64,000 bases of DNA from NCBI GenBank assembly GCA_009914755.4, contig CP068257.2:28640001-28704000 (forward strand). Direction: 5' to 3'. The notes under the pieces are model-generated. The model had not been told where the DNA came from, made no database searches, and saw only the letters and a list, made by a program, of their open reading frames with translations. This document shows, piece by piece, positions 25,819 to 41,300 of this stretch. Numbering within the stretch: the stretch's first letter is position 1; every line of letters begins with the position of its first letter. This DNA is from the human T2T-CHM13v2.0 reference genome, Homo sapiens. The position numbers and the translations under genes were made by a program.

Positions 25819-27299
25819 CAGCAATCATGGCCAACATAGAATTGACTGAGCTGGTTTTCTAGATTGCTGTCACATGCTGCCTTTTTCAACTCAGCTTGTG
25901 GAAAAGGGCAAACCTTCCCCCACAGAGGAGAGACATTTCTTAGTTGAGGGTACATGAGTAGCTGAACTTTCTTGCTCAAAGCCTTTAAATCTCTCATGGC
26001 TCATTTATGCAAATTCAGTAATTAGATAAAGTCTTTTCCCTATTTGAGACAACAGGAAACTTCCACACTAGTGTTGAGTATATATCAGTTCCTGTGTATG
26101 CATATTCAACAGTCATATTTATATGAATCCCAATGATATTGGTAGCACTATAAATACCTTTTATGATCTTTGGATAAATTGGAAATCAAGTAAGTCAGGT
26201 TGTAATTATTTTTGTTGAGTGTCTTATAACTAGCAACATACTTCACCATCCTTGCCTTGAAGAGTGGAACATTTATTTTTAAAGTTTGGCCAACTGACCA
26301 TTAAATTTAAAAAATGGATACCAGAGGCAACATATCTTTCCTAATCCTGCAAAGAGATGTTCTCTAATGATTTAGGACCCTCAAACCAATTAAGTTCTCA
26401 CATACCCACAAAAGTTCAAGTGTCTTCATGATTCACGAGGACTTATCCTTTATATTTATCAATAGCCAACAATTGAATTGTGCTATTGTGTGAGTGGATT
26501 GATTAGCCATGGTTAGATCCCCATCATCAGATACCCATGACATAACTAACTGGGCATTACTGTACATAAGGCCTGTTTTTCCTTTTTTTGATTCAGTTAG
26601 TATACAAGTCTATATTTAGTGAAGTATATAATGCTGATTTACCTCCAATATACTATATTTTCAAGTACATGTATGGACAAAAATGCCACAAGCGTCAAAA
26701 GAATGGAAATGTTACTATCTTTCCCCTGAGGCTATAAAAACATAAAAACAAACAAACAAACAAAAACAACCGAATTATTTGTAGCTCCAACTGCCTTCTA
26801 AACCTCGGTCTACTTACAAGGAGGTTGATTTGTTATTTTGGGAACATGGGTTGGTGCAGATGTCTAAGTTTGGAAGTAAGATTTAGAGAGTGCTGAACTT
26901 TTTTACATTCGAGAATGAGAAGATTTTGGAGCTCCCAGAATTAATCCGAATGTGAGATAACTGGAGACAAAAGAACACAGGGGCTGAAAGAGTTATGCTA
27001 TATGCACTGTTATATGGCCCCACTATTTGAATAATCTTTAGAGTAACATTATTGATTCATTTCTTTTGGAAAATAGTAAAGGGCTATGTACAGCTTCTGG
27101 GTGGATGATGAGATAACTAACCAGAATAGAATCAGTTAACACTGGGCCATAATACCCAGGGAATTAGTAGAAATGGCAAGATGGCATAGGATTTCACAGA
27201 TCATGGAAATGGTAGGGATCAGAGTCAATTATAGCCAAGGATGAAAGGAGGACACAATTCTGCCTCATTTTCTAGCCCTATCTGTATTTCATATCATGA

Positions 27300-28310
27300 A
27301 ATTATAAAGCTAGGGGAGATCACAGTAAATCACTTGGTTTTCTCATTTTATTTAGAATTTGTTTCTCTTTATGTCATTAGGATAGTTTCTGTTTCTGCAT
27401 TTTGAAATTTATTAATATTCTCTTCTGCAGTGTCTAACCTTCTGTTAAAGCCATTTATTGTATTTTCCACCTCACTCATTTTAGTTTTTATCTCTGTAAT
27501 TGTGATTTGAGTCTTTGTTTATATCTTCCATTTCTCTAACATGAACAAAATTTTCTCTAGCTTCTTAAATATATAAATACAGTTATATTAATTGTTTGAA
27601 TGTCCTTTCCTAACAATTCTATCATCTGCATAATTTCTGATTAGTTGTGGTTGATTTTTTTTCTCCCTATTATAGGTCTTATTTCTCTGTTTATTTTCCC
27701 GCTTGTTAACTTTTGATTGAATGCCAGATATTATGATTTAACATTTTGTGTGTGTTGTATATTTTTGTATTCTTATAAAAACTCCTGTGATTTGTTCTGG
27801 AACACAGATAATTTACTCAGAAACAGCTTGATCCTTTTGAGTCTTGCTTGTAAGCATCATTAGGTAGAACTAAAGCAGCATTTAATATAGGATAATTTTA
27901 GCCCCAGGACTGAAAGAAAACCCTTCCTAGTTTTATACCAGTTTTCTACTCTGTCTGTTGAGAATATAAACTATTCTCAGCCATCTTTGGGCTCCAATTA
28001 TCTCTCTTCTAATTCTTTTGGGTGTCCCTACACTAAGCTTCATGCAGTGTACTGATGGTTATGACTCAGTGAAGGCTTTGATGTATCCTCTGTAGATCCC
28101 TGCAACCCTCTTTCTATTCAGTTCTCACAACTGTCTTTCATGGAATACCGTGATTTATTTGCCTATTATCCAAAGTCCTGAAAACCCATGTTTTAGATAT
28201 TTATCTAGTTACAGTATTACTTCAGATGGAAGAATAATCTTGTCTCTGCAACTCCATCTTGTCTGGAAGCAAGTCCAAATCATCTCGTTTGAATCTCTGT
28301 TTTCGTACAG
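27300..28310 (-). mobile_element. LINE-1-like fragment (old subfamily, antisense); low confidence
   Basis: AT-rich antisense L1-like blocks (ttgaatgccagatattatgatttaacattttgtgtg...ctcctgtgatttgttctggaacacagataatttactcagaaacagcttgatccttttgagtcttgc...). Boundaries are uncertain. Confidence 0.4.
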
Positions 28311-30340
28311 ATAAATATCCAATAAATAAAGAAAATCAATTTACCATAGTTTTTGAAAATAATTAAATACAGACTGCGTATTTTGTAGAGTCATAGAGAT
28401 AGTTTTTCTTACTCTAAAGATCTTGTTTGTGTTCAACAATCAACATTCCTATTTTATGTTAATCCACTGTCTTCACTTATGGTTGTTTTGAGTATGAAGA
28501 TCAGTTTCTTAGGATAGCTTTCAAGCAAAAGAAATAAGTTATGCTTCACTTTAGGCCAACAAGCCCCACTTCTTTATTCTCATATATATATAAAAGTTCT
28601 CAAGAAATTTCTTTGTTTTTTTTAATTGTCGTTATTGTTGTTGTTTTAGAAAAATAGGGAGCAATGTTCTACCAAGAGACTCTCAAAGGATGACTCTGGA
28701 AAGGAAAGTAATATCTCAGCTATCAAATATTTAATTCCCTACTAACGCAATCAAAAATGATATTGTCATTGCATAATTCTTCATATATATTGCATGGTCA
28801 GCTATGTCTTGGATGTAGCTTTTTCTCTTCTTTTTCATAAATATTTTTATTCAATGATATGTCAAACATGATATCATAATAATTACCAAAGTGGATAAAG
28901 CATTATGAAATATAAGTTTACTATGAAGAATATTTTGATGAGTCTTTAAGCAACACCTTCCTAAGGCCAAAGGCTCAATGAATCTGCAAGGGTTTGTGAT
29001 GTCTAAAACATTATCTCCTCACACGGAATATATACACATATATATATTCCTCACAAGAAATATACAGGATGAAACTAGAGATCTTCTTCTAGAAAAAAGG
29101 AGTGTTCAACAACAAAATGAAACAAAAGTATGAGGTTTGTTAAAAAGACACAAGAGCCAACTAATGTAGCTCTTAATGGTCAAAGCTGGAAAAATTTGAG
29201 CAAAAAAACCACAGGTAATATTAGATTATAACCTAATGTATTGTATTTATGCATTTATACTGATATAAATAAATAATTGTATAAACAGAAAGTAGAAGAG
29301 AATAAGCGAATATTCGAATGCAGAAGGACTCCAAGTAATATACACAGATACTCCTTAAGGAGGTAAAGAATGATTCCCACTTAATATGAACTGCACACAG
29401 TGGATTTCTTCCAAAAAATACAGTATGAAAAGGGGGGGAAAATGAGTAACTTCACAGCGGAATCTTGATGAACACTACTGCAGCAAAGTGATCGAGGTTA
29501 ACACCAATAGTGATTAGTCATGTTGATGGCATATGCTCTTGATGTGGAATTTTACCTCGCTGGTCTTTCTCCTGCAAACCTAGAATTCTATTCTAATCCT
29601 GAGAAAGATATCGGCCAAATCTACATTGGGAACAATCTGTAAAATTCCTGACTGACACTCTTTAAAAATGTCAAGGGCATCAAACACAAGGAATATCTGA
29701 GGAACTATCACAGACAAAAATAGCCTAAAGAGACATGACAATTAAACGTAATGTACTATCTCAAGTGGGATCCTAGAACATAAAAAAGACATTAGTTAAA
29801 AACTAAAGAAGTGTGAATGAAGTATGGACGTTAGTTCATAATAATAAATCAACATTGGTTCATTAATTGTGACAAATATGAATACCAATGCATGCTGTCA
29901 TTAATAGGAGAAACCAGGTGCAGGATATATGGAACTAGGTATTATCTTCATGACTTTTCTGCAAATATAAAACAGCTTAAAATAAAGAATTTATTTATAA
30001 TGCAAACAATAGGTTAAATTCTTTACTAATGAAAAATCAAAGAGATTTGTTTATTTTACATCTTCATCAGCTTATTCCAAAGCTACTGAGGCTTAACTTT
30101 TGTCAAATAAGCTAACATTTAATTATAATTCACATTTTGGTACCATTCAGGTACTATTTATAATGCACTTTCTCATATTTCACCTCATTTAATTTTTGTG
30201 ACAAGTGTCTGAGTCAGGAAGGCAGGTTTGTTTTACTGATGAGAAGATAAATTTAAAATTTTACTCAATTTATCCACGTCACAGAATTATTAACAAGCAC
30301 AGCTGAGATTATAAGTCAGCTCTTGTGATAGCTTACCTAG

Positions 30341-30644
<304 letters not shown>

Positions 30645-31731
30645 TTACCTAGCATTTCTTTGTATCCCCCTTAAGAAAAACCATGCCATTGTTAAAAAGG
30701 AAAATATCTTTTCCTTTGACTATAGTCATAGAGCAAAAAGCATATTACTATGCTGTTTTTTGAATGCTATATAGCACTATTGTAGCCTATAAAACAATGA
30801 TGATAATATACTTTCCTAAGTGACTTCCTCATGTATAACTTTACTCTCCCTCTGGTAATAAGAACTGGGCAATTGATTGTACCTTTTTTTCTTCTACTTT
30901 ATTTCTCAGGAAATGAAGTAAAGACAATGGGCTTCATGGTGAGAAACTTTGTTATTACGGTCCTGACATATCACCAGGCAGTATTCAAGGGAAGAAGAAT
31001 TTAACATTTGTGACAGTTCAGTAGCTCTATTTCTGATGAATGAACAACAGCTGTAAATAGGCCTTTGGTAGGTGTTTTCAAAGTCTTTATGAGTTTTGGA
31101 GGCTATTTACTTAAAAAGCACACAATTTTCTAATTGTAACAGGTTATAGAAAACTAATACTTTACCAGAAAATCTAAATAGGCCTATTGTGACATCACTA
31201 TATACTAAATCACGTGACTAATTTACCAGTAAGAGTAAATAAAGCACTGAGGAAAATTTAACCCCCTGCACACATTGTATACTTCTCTATACATTGCATT
31301 TGTATTTTACCTCCTAGAATTCATACATTTTTTAGTAACTGGTACAATACATTAATTTTAGGACACCATCTTGTAAATAATGAGCACAATTTTTCTAGTT
31401 GCAGAAGAGTTGATGGAATTTCAACAGATATTAATTAATTATGAGGAATTTGCACATACATTTAATTCGAGAATCACTAACGGCTCTTCCACACCTATAT
31501 CCCACCATGTTTGCTTAGTAGTTTTATGCTTTTAATCACAGTGGTCACTTGAAAATTCATCAGCAAGATTACACAATTTTAATTACTTTCCATCTTTGAG
31601 AGCCATAAAAAGGTAGCATAAACCCTAAGTACAGTCTTAACTGGGACTCTGTGAACCACTGTTGAATGAGGTTTATTCCCTTCTAGACTTAGTCCCATGA
31701 AAGTCTCAAAATAAGGATTTGAGTGGGTTTA

Positions 31732-32128
<397 letters not shown>

Positions 32129-32599
32129 ATTTAGGAAGAGAAACATCCAGAAGAATCCAGAGTAAATATTACAACGCACTATCTGGCACACTTTTGAAAG
32201 TTGATGAACACTTGCTGAGTGAATCAATGAAGAAGTCAGCAAATCACTCAAGTTACATTTATAATTCTTTATCAAGCAGCTAGAGCTCTCTCATTAATTA
32301 AAAGCATCATAATTCCACTAGAATTAATAAATAAATATTAACAAAAGTCACATTTTTAGTACCTGAGGAAGCACATTTATTAGGTGTTAAAGCAAGTCTT
32401 CTCTCACCTGGTGGAAGACACACAAACAAAACCTGAGGGACTGTGCTGGCCAGGAGAATCTTGAAACAACTGGTACAAAAAGAAAGAGTTTTATTTGGAA
32501 GAGTTTTTTAAGAAGTGATATATGGCAAGCTATATTTAGCAAGAAATCTCAATCCTAATATTGATTCTGCTTAGCCAAACTTACTGGAAGGTAAATGCC

Positions 32600-33173
32600 A
32601 GGTCCTCCAGAGAGAGCACAAGCTTTAGAAATCACCAGAAGCATAGCTCAGAGATCTGAAGTTAGCTGACAATAAGGTTAGCGGTTGGCATCTGCTATGC
32701 ATCTAGTCAATGGCTGGCGACAACAGAAGACATAGGTCAAAGGGAAGCCACTATCAGACATATAGTTCAAGATCTAGTAGATACAAGAGAAGTGGGTCAG
32801 TGGATGGAAGCTGTTAATCAGGAATCTTGGTATGTGGTGTGTGTTGGTGGATGCCCTGAACTACAGACACAGGAAGTGGCAGGAACAAAGTGAGTTTCTT
32901 GGCAGAGTCTGGACACAGGACAATCAGTAGAAGGGCCGCAATAGATTTGACAGTTGCTGAACGCACATTTGGCTGGCTGGCAGCTGGTGGGTTTGTTACT
33001 GTTCTCCTGGCAGTTGTCCAGGACCCAGGTTGGAAACTACTAAGTAAGCAGAGGGCACCTCTTTAGCTCACTCTTCTAGAGCAGAGAAAAACAAATCAGG
33101 AAAAAAGAATGTAGCAATAACTCCTCAAAGAGCAGGAGCTCTCATTTCCAAAGCAGCAGTAGCTGAAACACAT
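32600..33173 (-). pseudogene. KAP13-like keratin-associated protein pseudogene
   Basis: Minus-strand ATG at 33171..33173 opens MCFSYCCFGNESSCSLRSYCYILFS* with a stop after 25 codons (compare KAP13 MSYNCCSGNFSSRSCGGYLHY). Further 3' the sequence reads WVLDNCQENSNKPTSCQPAKCAFSNCQIYCGPSTDC... with in-frame stops and frameshifts, ending in agctca-type 15-nt periodic repeats (32630..32720). Confidence 0.7.
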
Positions 33174-33761
33174 GAGTTAACAAAGTGAGTTTCAGAAGAT
33201 GTATAGAAGCTTTTTCAAATGTGCTCATCACCTTCTAAGCAAATTTCTTATATATCCTCACTGCTTTCTGGCAGTTCCGTATACTCACTCACTTCTGTCT
33301 TCCTGAGATTCTCTTACCTGATGTCATTCCCTTAATAGTTTGTTCGGATGTCCATGAAAATGCCCTCCAGCTTTCTTGTATAATTTTACTCATAATTTTA
33401 AATGTCGCAGCTATTAACCTTCATTCTTTTCATTTTGTCCAGGAAATGTTCAGAATCATAACTAGCTGAGATGGAATTCCTTCTTTAGAATATGGTGCAA
33501 GAAAGAGGGGAACATAAGTGCTCTTTTCCACAGGTGGTGGATACAACATGCCAAAGAATAGGTTAGTGGCTTGCAAAACAAAGATGACTTCTCATTCTTG
33601 AAGGTTTCACAGTTCTTTTTGTCAGCAAAAAGAGAAAAAATGTATACAATGTGGTGGGCTTTTTATAAACTAAACTCTTCAAAATAAAATATTATCATTT
33701 ATTCTAAGATTCTATCCAGATTGTATCTCCATATAAATTCACCCATTTAAATAACATACTA

Positions 33762-34069
33762 GGCCGGGTGTGGTGGCTCACACCTGTAATCCCAGCACTT
33801 TGGGAGGCCAAGGTGGGCAGATCACCTGAGGTCAGGAGTTTGAGACCAGCCTGGCCAACATAATGAAACCCCATCCCTACCAAAAACACAAAAATTAGCT
33901 GGGCATGGTGGCGGGTGCCTGTAATTCCAGCTACTCGAGAGGCCGAGGCAGGAGAATTGTTTGAACCTGGAAGGCAGATGTTTCAGTGAGCAGAAATTGC
34001 ACCATTGCATTCCAGCCTGGGCGACAAGAGCGAATCTTTATCTCAAAAACAAAAACAAACAAACAAAAA
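33762..34069 (+). mobile_element. Alu SINE (full length), (CAAA)n tail
   Basis: ggccgggtgtggtggctcacacctgtaatcccagcactttgggaggccaaggtgggcagatcacctgaggtcaggagtttgagaccagcctggccaacat...gcattccagcctgggcgacaagagcgaatctttatctcaaaaacaaaaacaaacaaacaaaaac. Confidence 0.9.
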
Positions 34070-37000
34070 CTAGCATGTAAAATTCAAATTAATTGGAACC
34101 CTACCTGAGGTGAATTGGATTCCAAAGTCCTGAGAGATTTTGCAAATGTTTTTATAGACCCTTGTGAGAACTAGAAAATTTACTAAGATTTGTTTGGAGG
34201 GTGCTCTTACATCTGGTTTATTCTGATTTAGTTTATTATTTCATTAAACAAAATCTAACCTATTCAAATAACAATATATTTAAAAGATTTTTGATACATG
34301 TGTCCAAATCCACACTTGGACTACAGTGATGAGTATCTGGTTCCCCACCTCCTCAACACCACTAAGTATTGTTAGCATATTTATTTTGACTGTTTGATGT
34401 GAAAAATAGTGTTTAGTTATTGAGCTAATAAGTATTCATTAGATGACTGGTGAGGCTTTCTATTTTGGTATATTTGTATTGATTATTTAGCTTCCTAGTT
34501 GTGGATCTTTATTGTCAGTTTTAATATCACTCAGTAAATGTATCTTTCATTTTAAAAAGAGATATTTTTCTTAAAAAAACAGAAGAAAATGAACATTTTC
34601 AGAAAGAGTAGTTTTGATGGATTCTGTATTGTCAAATTAACCTTTGCTTTGAAAAATACGGTGAATTTTTAGAAAAAAAAAAAGCCGATTCCTGGCCTGT
34701 CACTTAGAGGCTCATATTTAGAGAGTTGGAATTGGACCCAATAACTTGATTTACTTTGAGGATACATTTACAAAGCCTGGTTAGAAATCCACTGGATGAG
34801 AAAATTCCACAGACATTTGACAATTATCAAAGTCTCTGATTAGTATGTCTATATAAAATTAAAACAAACTCATTGCATTCCAAAAGATCTAAGATAGAAA
34901 CAATTTTCCATCGAACCTTCTTGGGGAAAGCTCTTATGCAACTTTCACCAAATATTTTATTTTGCAGAACTCCCCTGACAGACTTATATCAAATTGCTTT
35001 GACATTTGATAGATAGATTAGATTATAGAGTGACACATTGGATTAAAGGTTTAGTAGTGTGTGGCTTCCATGTGCCAAAGCATTAACATAGTAATATTTC
35101 TAAATTGCTTGTTTATAGATGTAGAAGATTCAGTAAAATGAGTGTCCATTTTACTGTCCAGTAAACTGTGGACCATTCACAGTCCACAGCTAAAAATGAA
35201 CTGTGGTCAGCACTTAGAATAATGCTTAGTATATAACAGCAACTCAAAAGTATTTGTTGATTAAATTATGCCGAATGATGTGTTTGAAGATGTAATTTTA
35301 AATAATGGTATTCAGCTGTGTTTCAGCAAACATAGTATGAGACTAACCCCGAGGAAATTTTTTTTCTTTCAAGATTTCTCTCTCCCTGTCTTGCTTTTTC
35401 TTCTTCATTTTTGCCATCTCTTCACACTACTGGGAAGGAAATAGAAAGCATTTTGTTCTCCTCACAGTTTCACCCTAATAATAAATAGAGTAATGAAGTA
35501 TAGGTCTCTTCATGGGAAACAAGGCAACAAGTATGCTTTAAAATACAGCAGTCTCTTTACCCTGTGGTTGAGAAAGTTCTGTAATCAATTCATAAATTTG
35601 TGTTACAGATATTTCTTATAGGCCATCATCACCTCCAGAGATTCAGCTCATGCTGACTTAACAATACCAGATATTTATCGACCAATAAGAATTTCATAAA
35701 GAAAATGGAAAGTGCTCTTCTGTTTTAATGGAGAATGAAGGCTCATCCATACAACTGTCCCTAGAGCAAACAGGAACAGACAGCGTGTTACGTGCGGGCC
35801 GCATAACATTTCCTTGTGTGGTCTTTTTTTTTCCACTGTATTGTTACATCTGATAATTGTCTATATTGGGAGCCAGAGGTAGATAGCACTTGTATATGGA
35901 ATTAAAAGGAACAGAAAAAGTGAAAAGGCAGCAAAATATTGTGTTTTTTTGTGTGTATCCTCTGAATTTGCCTCTGAAGTCATTGGCCTTGACTGCCTAG
36001 GTAAGGCTAAATTACTCCTTGGAAGGTTCTATAAAAAATTTCTTATTAAGTACACTACATTTTTTTAGGTCATGGAAATAAAATGATTTTGACATTTGCA
36101 ATAATGCTCTGATTTGAGTTTAGAAGAAAACATAGCCTGCAATTGATTTCACTAACTGGAGTGTGACCTATATTGCAAACCCTATATCCTTCCTTTAATT
36201 TTTAAATAATTAATTGCTAAGACATACAAATACTAAAAAAATTTGATTGTTTCTTCAGAGAATAGTAATGTCTTTTGTCTTTTTCTTTGGATGAAAAAAT
36301 AAGATAATAGCAGAGGAAATACAAAGCTAAAACACCTGTGATCCAGCACAACTGTCAGTTAGAAAAGTACAAGTCAATGTCCATAGTCAGCTGATTAAAG
36401 TTAAGCAGGTGCATCAAAAATGATGACAGGTACTTGTGCATAAGAAAGTACGAGCTTCCATAATTGAACTTGATTGCTCGATATCTTCATGTGGGCCTAT
36501 TTCATAGAATCATTTTAATGTGAATGTTTCTGTTATAAAAGGGATATGTTATGTTTTGCTAAATAATTGTATCTACATGTTGTAATAGAACTGGTCAATA
36601 TAGATATAATTAAGAAGGCCAACCATAATTTATTCAATATTGTATTAGTTCACAGGAATAATTTTAAAAACTTGACACTTTATTGACTGTTCTGCAATGA
36701 GGCATTAAGTAATAATATGGTGTTTATTATTAACTTCATATTTAGATAAACTTAACATGGGCTTTAAAGAATTTACTGAAGAGGATTAAATACATTTTTG
36801 AGGGGCCACACTCAATTATTTGATTAGATTAGATTACTACAGAAAGTAGCTTTGTATTCATTTTCTAATACTGAAAAGTTCTGGCATTTAGTTGAAAGAT
36901 CCGTATATCAAATGTCCAATCTGCAGTCCCCTTCCTTTGGATTCAAGTAAAGAACCTGTATCTGAATGACATGGTCAATACTATACTGTCTATACAGAAT

Positions 37001-39949
37001 GGCTGTTCCTCAGTTCACCCTTGTTGGGATATGAACTTTGAAGATTTCCTTTTAGTTTATCCTATAGCCTCTCACTAGTAGCACTTTTTGTATATGGCAC
37101 ATGATATAGGTGCCTCGTGTGCAGTAAATTGCCCGCTCATGTTGTCCCGGAGGCCTAGATGTCACGTAAAGGGCATTCACCTACTTGAAAAAGTTATTGC
37201 TTTCCATAGTATAAAATTACTGGAGTATGCATAGGACATGAAAACTTTCAGTAATCTGTGGGATTTTTCCTAATTAATGCTATCTATCAAGATAATTGTT
37301 ACACACCTCAGAGTATAAATAGCCACATATTGTATTTTAAAAGTAGATCTCTAGTTTCATTGCCAGATATCTCTCAGCACAAACTAGATTAGTATGAGAA
37401 CAACCTGCTTTTGTTTTAATGCACAAACCAAACTTTGAACATCTGCATTCCAAGTACAAAAAAAGTCCATTGTAAATATGTCAGCAAGAATTAATATCAT
37501 TAATGACATGCTTATTTGATCAAGGGAATACATTAAAATATAAAGAGTAATTTCCTATGAAAAAAAAGTAATAAGACCAGTAAAAAGGAACAGAAATGTC
37601 CAAAAAATTTGAGAGAAGAAAAGTGCTTGGAACTTGAATAAGGTCACAAACATTTAACTACTGTCATTGTGATATATGTCAGAAAAGTTATAGAACTAAG
37701 AAAGTTTTATGTTATGTATTTCCTTTAAAGCTTGCAATCAGGTTTACTCTGATATCTTAATATCTGTTTTGGTAATTTGTTAAGGTTTAAAAGGTGAGTA
37801 AAATGTTTACAAGGTATTGGCTGAGGAACTTTGTGTTGGAAGTTAATAAACATCAGTGTCAAATTGGAAAGATTTTGCATATTTATATTGCAAGGAAAAA
37901 GTCACTAGGCTTTCTTACTTGATTAGGAAGGGCACTTCCATATGTCATCTCTATGATTTGAAGTGGACTATACTTCTCCCTTCTATTGGTTTAAGAATTA
38001 CACACACTGTATATTCTTCTACCACGTAATAACTTAGAAGGATTTATTGAAAAGTTCAAAATATGCTGTTTTTGTTTTTATTCCATTGATGAAATAAATG
38101 CATGAATGGGAGTAACAGAATATATTAACACATCTAGAGAAAAATATTGTTGCTTATCCCTGCATAGCTGCTGGTACATCACAGATAGCAACAACAAAAA
38201 TCCATAACCAGTACTATGATTTGGATGTCTTCTCCATAACTCATGTTGAAATTTAACTGCCATTGTGATGATCTTGGCAAGTGGAACCTCTAAGTGGTGA
38301 TTAAGTGGCAGAGTCTTCATAAATCCTGTTATTTCATGAGTGGTTTAGACTCCTGGGAATGAGTTCCCCAGGATACCCTTTCTCTGTCTCACAGGCTCCT
38401 TTGTTCTCTCTCATCATGTGATATCTTCCACCATGTTTTCACACAGCAAGGGGATCCTTATCAGATGCAAACCCTCTATCTGGAATTTCCAGACTCCATA
38501 GCTAAGAACTGATAAAAATTTCTATTGTCTATAATTTGCCCAGTGTGTAGTATTCTGTTACAGCAATAGAAAATGGACTAGGACTACCAGCCAAAATCTT
38601 AGGTCAGAAACTAAAGTGACTCCAGTGAGACATTAGATGAATAACTAATTAACAACTCCTAAAAATTATAATTGCAAGCTTTAAAAAAATAATCTTATGA
38701 AAGAATAAGTCTTGTTATGTAACATGGACCACTTGGATCTTACTGTCTCAGCAAGATGCTATAATTCTTAGTAAGCAAAAATTAAATACTCATCTTTAAT
38801 TAGAAGTCTATCTTGTTGAACTTACTCTACTTTTGGAAAACAACCAATGATTGCTAAATACCTTTCAGACATAACTATTTGAGGTGACCCTGTTGGTGGC
38901 AAAGGGTCTAATGTATTGAACATATTGGCAAACTCTCTGATACTGCTCTTTCTTCACTCAATACCATCTAGCTGCACTGGGTTCCTTTTATTCTGCATTC
39001 TCCCCAAGTTCCTGCCTTTGATCTTGTTCTCCATGTCTAAAACCGTTGACTGCAGGGCACTCTCCTTTTAATATTTCTAGATATGATTCAAATGAAATTT
39101 TTGTTAAAGCCAAAATATCCCAACCTTGTTAAAATTAACCAGCTCCCCTCTTTTTATAATATAATTTGTATCCCCTTTATACTGTTTTATATACTCTAAT
39201 ATTATCATATTTCTTTATCAATATTTATGATTTATTTTTTGTCATTCCCCCAGATTGAGTTGTTTATTATTGTATTTCCAGAACATAGAAGAGGGCTTGG
39301 CATACGATAGAAATTCCTTATTATTGACTGAGCGCTTATGTATGCTGAAATTACTTCGAAGGATAAAAATGCGTTTATCAAATGATACGATGAATCACTG
39401 ACTGAATTATCAATCTGAAATGTTTAAGTAGATTCTCCCAACCGTTTCAGGGAACATAATCCAAAAAAAAAAAAAAAAAAGCAAAGAAAATGACTGGTTT
39501 AATGATTTAAATGATAAGTGGAACAATGAGTAAGTAATCATGTCACTGCATATGTTTTAAATATTTCACTCCATGCTTTTCTTGCATGCATGGCTTCTGA
39601 CAAGGAGTCTATTGTAATTCTTGTCCCAGTTTCTCTATAGATAAGGTATTTTTCCCCTGGCTTTTTCTTTTCTAAAGATTTCACATCATTTTTGTTTATC
39701 TGAAGTATGAATATGATATGCCTAGGTATAATAATCTTTTTGTTTTATTCTAAAATGCTGCTTGGTGTTCTCTGAGCTTCCTGAGTATGTGGTTTGGTGT
39801 TTATCATTAAAATTTGAAAGTTCTCCATCATTACTGCCTCAAAACCTTATTTCTTCTCCTTTTGACATTCAAGTTAAGAGTATATTATATGTTTTGAATT
39901 GTTCCATAGTTTTGGATGTCCTCTTCTGTGTTTTTGTGTTTGTTGTTGT

Positions 39950-41300
39950 TGTTTTTCTGTTTTTTTAATCTTTGCATTTCAGTTTGGGGCGTTTCTATTG
40001 GCTTAGCTTCAAGTTCACTGATTCTGCGCTTCACCATGACTAGTCTACTAATGAGACCATTAAAATAATTATTCGTTTATGTTGCAGTAATTTTTATTTC
40101 TAGTTTAATTCATTCTTTAAATTTCTATCTCCCTGCTTCCATTGTCCATCTGTCTTTATATGTTATTATATCTACTTTTCCCATTAGAACTCTAAATGTA
40201 TTAATCAGAGTTATTTTAAGTTGTGTCTGATGATTCCAATGTCTGTGTCATATTTGAGTCTGATGTGGATGCTTGCTTTTACTTTGGAGGCTGTGCTTTC
40301 ATTGCCTTTTGGTGTGTCTCTTAACTTTTTTGTTGAAAGTCACTTGTGCTATATTCAGTAGTAGGAACTGAGGCAAATTGGCATTTAATGTTAGATTTGA
40401 AATGATTCTGGCTAGAAGTTGGGCTGTGTTTAATACCTGCTGTAGTTGTAGGTGTCAGAGGCTTCAGATTTCTCTATTATCCTTAATTTTTGTCTACCCT
40501 CTTGGCTTTCAGCTGACCTAAGTACTCCTCCTTAGAGACGATCTGTTTCATGGAGCCCTTTCAACTATAATCCACTGTTATTAAACTGGAGCCTTGCCGG
40601 TGTGGGGCGAAAGATGGAGGAGAGGCGAAGCATTTCATAATCTTATAATTAAACCTCAGTCTTTTATTGGACCTGTGTCCCTGAGCTGTGAGCTTCACTG
40701 GTATTTCTTTGTCCTCCCTACTTAGGTGAGCCAGAAAAGGTAGTGCAGGCATCGTGTGGAATGGGAAAATACCCTTTCCTTGAGTTGAATAAGGTCCTGG
40801 TAAAGTCTTTTCTTCCTGAAGAGTAAGGATTTATGATGGAGGAGGTTCTGAGCATGCTTTTCTAGGATTATTCCTCTCTTTCTCTTGACAGAGCCATTTT
40901 GGCATCATCCTTGGATTTCTTCCATGAGAAACCTGTGGGATCCCTAGAGGCAAAAACCATGGAGTATATGAGGTATGAGGCATCCTTAAGACTGTAGCAG
41001 CTAGGAGGGTTGGATACACATGCTGGTACACACTCAGCCTCCAGAAATTCCTCAAATTTATGATTTAAGTGTTCCTACCAGATGATGGCTTCAGCAGCTT
41101 TTGCTCTAGGAAAGCATACTCCAGATGTGACTCTAGACTCACCTGCCTCCCCAGATTTTGGAGTGGAATTTGGCCCTCCAGACTTAGCTCTTTGATGGGT
41201 TCAGGAAAAGTCATTGATTTTCAAGTTGCCCATTGTTTTCTTGTTGTAAGACAATATTGGTGACTCTTAAGCTCCTTACGGGTTGGAATTGAAACCAGAA
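39950..41300 (-). mobile_element. LINE-1-like fragment (old subfamily, antisense, 5'/ORF1-proximal region); low confidence
   Basis: Blocks resemble antisense L1 (ttctagtttaattcattctttaaatttctatctccctgcttccattgtccatctg...agttattttaagttgtgtctgatgattccaatgtctg...tttgttgaaagtcacttgtgctatattcagtagtaggaactgaggcaaattggc). Several non-KAP ORFs of 60-75 aa fall inside. Boundaries are uncertain. Confidence 0.4.

Noticed and set aside
25283-25997. Cluster of 61-70-aa minus-strand ORFs
   Set aside because: All are inside the ancient interspersed repeat copy at 25252..25818 and its flank. There is no codon periodicity or homology.
40561-41263. Several 63-74-aa ORFs on both strands
   Set aside because: They fall in an L1-like antisense fragment, are short, and have no recognisable domains.
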